From an uncultured Thermoleophilaceae bacterium (GTDB lineage: Bacteria > Actinomycetota > Thermoleophilia > Solirubrobacterales > Thermoleophilaceae), in the NCBI GenBank assembly GCA_963814095.1, contig CAWFBT010000016.1, positions 32,000 through 95,999 on the forward strand: a stretch of 64,000 bases of DNA, given 5' to 3'. This document shows, piece by piece, positions 58,234 through 64,000 of the stretch; positions within the stretch are counted from its first letter, which is position 1, and every line of letters starts with the position of its first letter. The position numbers and the translations under genes are program-made. The notes under the pieces were generated by a model. That model made no database searches and was not told the origin of the DNA. It worked only from the letters and a program-made list of their open reading frames with translations.

Positions 58234-59095
58234 GGCACGCCACTTCCTAACAGGTGAGGAGCTGAGCGCGGACGAGCAGCTGCGGCTGCTCGAGCGCGCG
58301 ATCGAGCTCAAGGGCGATCGGCTCGGCTCACGCGCGCTCGCAGGCAGGAGCGTGGCGCTCGTCTTCGACAAGCCCTCGACGCGCACGCGCGTGTCGTTCG
58401 AGACCGGCGTGTTCGAGCTCGGCGGCCATCCGCTGATCCTGCGCGAGGGCGAGCTGCAGCTCGCCCGCGGCGAGTCGGCGCGCGACACCGCGCTCGTGCT
58501 CGAGCGGATGGTGCACGCGATCGGGATACGGACCGGGCCGCACGAGACGGTCGAGGAGCTGGCGCGCTGGTCGGGTGTGCCGGTGATCAACATGCTCACC
58601 CACGAGCATCACCCCTGCCAGGTGCTCGCCGACCTGATGACTTTGCTCGAGCGCTTCGGCACGCTCGAGGGCCTGAAGCTCGCCTACGTAGGAGACGGCA
58701 ACAACATGACGCGCTCGCTGCTGCTCGGCGGCGCGATCGCGGGCGTCGAAGTGGCCGTGGCGACACCGCCGGAGCTCTCGCTCCCCGAGGCCCCGGGCAT
58801 CGACCCCGCCGAAGCGGTCCGCGGGGCGCACGCGATCTACACCGACGTCTGGGTGAGCATGGGCGACGAGGAGGACGCGGAGCGGCGCCGCTCACTGCTC
58901 GCGCCCTATCGCATCGATGCCGAGCTCTTGGCGCAGGCACGTGACGACGCGATCGTCCTCCACTGTCTGCCGGCCCACCCGGGCGAGGAGATCGCAGCCG
59001 ACGTGCTCTATGGCGAGCGCTCGGCCGTGTGGGACCAGGCAGAGAACCGCCTGCACGCGCAGAAGGCGCTGCTCGAATTGCTCTTGGCGCGTTAA
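58232..59095 (+). CDS. argF: Ornithine carbamoyltransferase
   Basis: 287 aa with STRTR, HPCQ, DVWVSMG and HCLPA motifs. Confidence 0.92.
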   Translation: MARHFLTGEELSADEQLRLLERAIELKGDRLGSRALAGRSVALVFDKPSTRTRVSFETGVFELGGHPLILREGELQLARGESARDTALVLERMVHAIGIRTGPHETVEELARWSGVPVINMLTHEHHPCQVLADLMTLLERFGTLEGLKLAYVGDGNNMTRSLLLGGAIAGVEVAVATPPELSLPEAPGIDPAEAVRGAHAIYTDVWVSMGDEEDAERRRSLLAPYRIDAELLAQARDDAIVLHCLPAHPGEEIAADVLYGERSAVWDQAENRLHAQKALLELLLAR

Positions 59096-59136
59096 GCCAG
59101 AGCGCCGCACACCCCTCCAGGGCTAGTGTTTCGCCC

Positions 59137-59577
59137 ATGAAGAGGCTGCTCGTACTTCTCATCGCGTGCACAGTGCTCGCCCTGGTCGTTGCCGGCTGCG
59201 GCGACGATGACGACGACTCCGGCAACGGGGGAGGCGGCGGAGCCAATACCGAGCAGCCCGCGGACACAGGCGGCGGTGGCGACACGGGTGGCGGAGGCGG
59301 TGGCGGTGGCGCCGAGGTCTCCATGCAGAACATCCAGTTCGACCCCTCGGACGTGACGATCAAGGCCGGTGAGACGGTCACCTGGACGAACGACGAAGCC
59401 GTCGCGCACGACGTCGACAAGACGAGTGGCCCCGGCCCCCAGTTCAGCTCCGGCCCCGAGGGCGGGATGATGGAGGGCGACAAGTTCGAGCAGAGCTTCG
59501 ACCAGGCGGGCACCTACGAGTACGTCTGCCGCGTGCACGCGCCCGGCATGGCCGGGACGATCGAAGTCACCGAATAA
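59137..59577 (+). CDS. Cupredoxin (plastocyanin/amicyanin-like) lipoprotein
   Basis: Inner ATG MKRLLVLLIACTVLALVVAGCG (lipobox), a Gly/Asp-rich linker, then a copper site …H…YVCRVHAPGM. Confidence 0.8.
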   Translation: MKRLLVLLIACTVLALVVAGCGDDDDDSGNGGGGGANTEQPADTGGGGDTGGGGGGGGAEVSMQNIQFDPSDVTIKAGETVTWTNDEAVAHDVDKTSGPGPQFSSGPEGGMMEGDKFEQSFDQAGTYEYVCRVHAPGMAGTIEVTE

Positions 59578-59638
59578 CAGGGACCAGCCGGGGCTCGCCC
59601 CCGGGCTCCCGTCCCACCTGGCCGGCCCCTGCAGGGCG

Positions 59639-62275
<2,637 letters not shown>

Positions 62276-62282
62276 CTCACCT

Positions 62283-62370
62283 TCCTCCACCGGCATTACC
62301 CGGGTCAGGTTCGACGGTCGGCGGCGCCGCAGCCACCCTCTCAGCCCGGTTTCCCCCGAGCTCCCGTGTT
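62283..62370 (-). promoter_or_regulatory. TPP (THI-box) riboswitch
   Basis: The minus strand reads CACGGGAGCUCGGGGGAAACCGGGCUGAGAGGGUGGC…CGAACCUGACCCGGGUAAUGCCGGUGGAGGAAGG. It contains the conserved CUGAGA and ACCUGA.C.GG.UAAUGCC.G elements directly upstream of thiO. Confidence 0.85.
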
Positions 62371-62385
62371 CGCGTCAGATGGTAC

Positions 62386-62601
62386 TCAGACGCCGCGCGT
62401 CGGATAGTCATCCCGCGGCGGCGGGGTCCGCCCGTCGTCGCGCAGGAAGATGATCGCCAGCGAGATCACGAGCCCGATGATGCCGGCGATCATCAGGATC
62501 AGACCGACGGTCTCGAGCTCGACTCCGGAAACCGACGCGGTGACCGCGTAACGCAGGATCGCGCCCACGGCGATGAGGAATATGGAGAAGCCGATGCTCA
62601 T
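62386..62601 (-). CDS. Small two-helix membrane protein
   Basis: 71 aa, MSIGFSIFLIAVGAILRYAV…VGLILMIAGIIGLVISLAIIFL…; locally lower GC, as expected for Ile/Phe-rich TM segments. Confidence 0.6.
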   Translation of the reverse strand: MSIGFSIFLIAVGAILRYAVTASVSGVELETVGLILMIAGIIGLVISLAIIFLRDDGRTPPPRDDYPTRGV

Positions 62602-62764
62602 ATCTGATAGCTCTTAAGGCTGCTTGGCGGACGCTACCAGGGGCGGCAGACCGCAACCGAGCGCGTCCGGCCTTGTTGGAGAGAGGGGAAGGCAGGGGGC
62701 CGCTCCGCGGCACGTTTCCCTGTTTCCCCACGTTCGCCCGTTCGAACCCGACCCGCCCACTTTC

Positions 62765-64000
62765 ATGAAACGACTGACAATCGTCACTGCCGTGCTTCTC
62801 GCCCTGCTGGCCGTGCCCGCGGCCGAGGCCTCGACCAAGCAGGTGACCATCCTGCAGGACGACGTTCATCTGCGTCACAACACCGCTGCGACTCTCGACG
62901 AGTTCGCGGCGCTGGGCGCCGACGTCGTCAAGATCGGCCTTTCCTGGGAGGAGGTGGCGCCCGACGGCCGGCGCAAGCCGTCCGGCTTCGACGCCGGCGA
63001 TCCCGCCGGCTACCAGTGGGGCAACTACCCGCAGGTGATCGACGCGATCAGCGCGCGCGGGATGCGCGCCTACGTGAGCATCGTCGGCCTGGCGCCCGAC
63101 TGGGCCTCCAAGCGTGGCGGCCGGCGCGGCACCAACCGCCCGAGCAGCAAGGAGTACGGGCTGTTCGCCGAGGCGGTCGGCAAGCAGTTCCCGAACGTCG
63201 ACCTGTGGTCGCTCTGGAACGAGCCGAACCTCTACAGCTGGCTTAGCCCGCAGCGCCGCGGCGGCACGCCGATCTCGCCCTCGCTGTACCGCAACCTCTA
63301 CCTGGCCGGCCACGCCGGGCTCGGGCGCTCGGGCCATGACGGCGACACCATCCTGCTGGGCGAGCTGATGCCCCGCGGCGGCACGTCAAGCAAGAAGGTC
63401 CCGCCGCTCGACTTCCTGCGCGAGATGGCCTGCCTCGACAAGAACTACCGCCAGTATCGCGGCGCAGCGGCGCGCAAGCGCGGCTGCAAGCGGGTCGGGC
63501 GCATCCCGACGTCGGGCCTCGCCTACCACCCGTACACGCTCGCCAACGGCCCGAGCGTCAAGGAGCCCGTCGCCGGCGACGCAGCGATCGGCCAGCTGAG
63601 CCGCGTCACGCGCACGCTCGACGCGCTCGCCAGGCGCGGCAAGCTGCCGCGGCGCACGCCGATCTGGATCACCGAGTTCGGCTACCAGACCAAGCCGCCC
63701 GATCCGTTCGCCACGCCGCTCAAGCGAGCGCCGAACCTGATGGACGAGAGCGAGTGGATCGCCTACCGGAACTCACGCGTCAGGAGCTACTCGCAGTACA
63801 CGCTGCGCGACGCGCCGACCTGGCAGGCCGGCCTGCGCTTCGCAAACGGGCGCAAGAAGCCGGGCGTGTACGACGCCTTCGCTCTGCCGCTGCACCTGCA
63901 GCGCAAGAGCGGCGGCCGCGTCGAGGTGTTCGGGGCCGTGCGCGCGGCCTCGAGTGGTGACGTCGAGGTGGAATTCAAGGCCACCCGGCGCGCTAGCTAC
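62765..64000 (+). CDS. Secreted glycoside-hydrolase-like (clan GH-A) protein, runs off the right edge
   Basis: Not in the ORF track (open-ended). Manual translation from ATG 62765: MKRLTIVTAVLLALLAVPAAEA|STKQVTILQDD…WSLWNEPN…IWITEFGY… with no stop to the window end. Paralogous in style to the 28997..30259 product. Confidence 0.75.
   Translation, partial: MKRLTIVTAVLLALLAVPAAEASTKQVTILQDDVHLRHNTAATLDEFAALGADVVKIGLSWEEVAPDGRRKPSGFDAGDPAGYQWGNYPQVIDAISARGMRAYVSIVGLAPDWASKRGGRRGTNRPSSKEYGLFAEAVGKQFPNVDLWSLWNEPNLYSWLSPQRRGGTPISPSLYRNLYLAGHAGLGRSGHDGDTILLGELMPRGGTSSKKVPPLDFLREMACLDKNYRQYRGAAARKRGCKRVGRIPTSGLAYHPYTLANGPSVKEPVAGDAAIGQLSRVTRTLDALARRGKLPRRTPIWITEFGYQTKPPDPFATPLKRAPNLMDESEWIAYRNSRVRSYSQYTLRDAPTWQAGLRFANGRKKPGVYDAFALPLHLQRKSGGRVEVFGAVRAASSGDVEVEFKATRRASY

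Noticed and set aside
62296-62296. First ATG of the thiO ORF as start codon
   Set aside because: It lies inside the conserved UAAUGCCGG segment of the TPP aptamer. The second ATG (62275) has a proper GGAGG upstream and gives the usual short N-terminus before the FAD-binding GxGxxG.

Overview
Very GC-rich, gene-dense chromosomal core region. Gene content and style point to a high-GC Gram-positive (actinobacterial, Thermoleophilia/Rubrobacteria-like) organism; that placement is inference. About two thirds of genes are on the minus strand and many are joined by ATGA/GTGA stop-start overlaps. Recognisable blocks: (1) three minus-strand tRNAs (Val, Glu, Lys) among small genes; (2) a dispersed purine supra-cluster, purC-purS-purQ-purL-lipoprotein-purF / recQ-purN-purH and GYD-purD-purE-purB; (3) a DUF1800-DUF1501-cupredoxin module directly downstream of purB; (4) clpB and the dnaK-grpE-dnaJ-hspR operon; (5) a membrane glycosyltransferase and inositol-lipid locus (PAP2_C-like, CDP-alcohol phosphatidyltransferase, inositol-1-phosphate synthase, EEP hydrolase); (6) a sigma-70 factor, a TetR/MFS pair, argF, and thiO-thiS-thiG behind a TPP riboswitch. 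I saw no rRNA, CRISPR array, transposase or integrase. The most unusual item is a tRNA-Lys(UUU) gene split by a 243-nt group I intron in the anticodon loop. Other items are four clear and one weak apparent frameshift, all in accessory or secreted-protein genes; a duplicated 45-bp unit carrying perfect 21-bp palindromes in a divergent promoter; and a two-copy AT-rich palindromic element. Most long ORFs in the track lying antisense or out of frame to these genes are high-GC artefacts.
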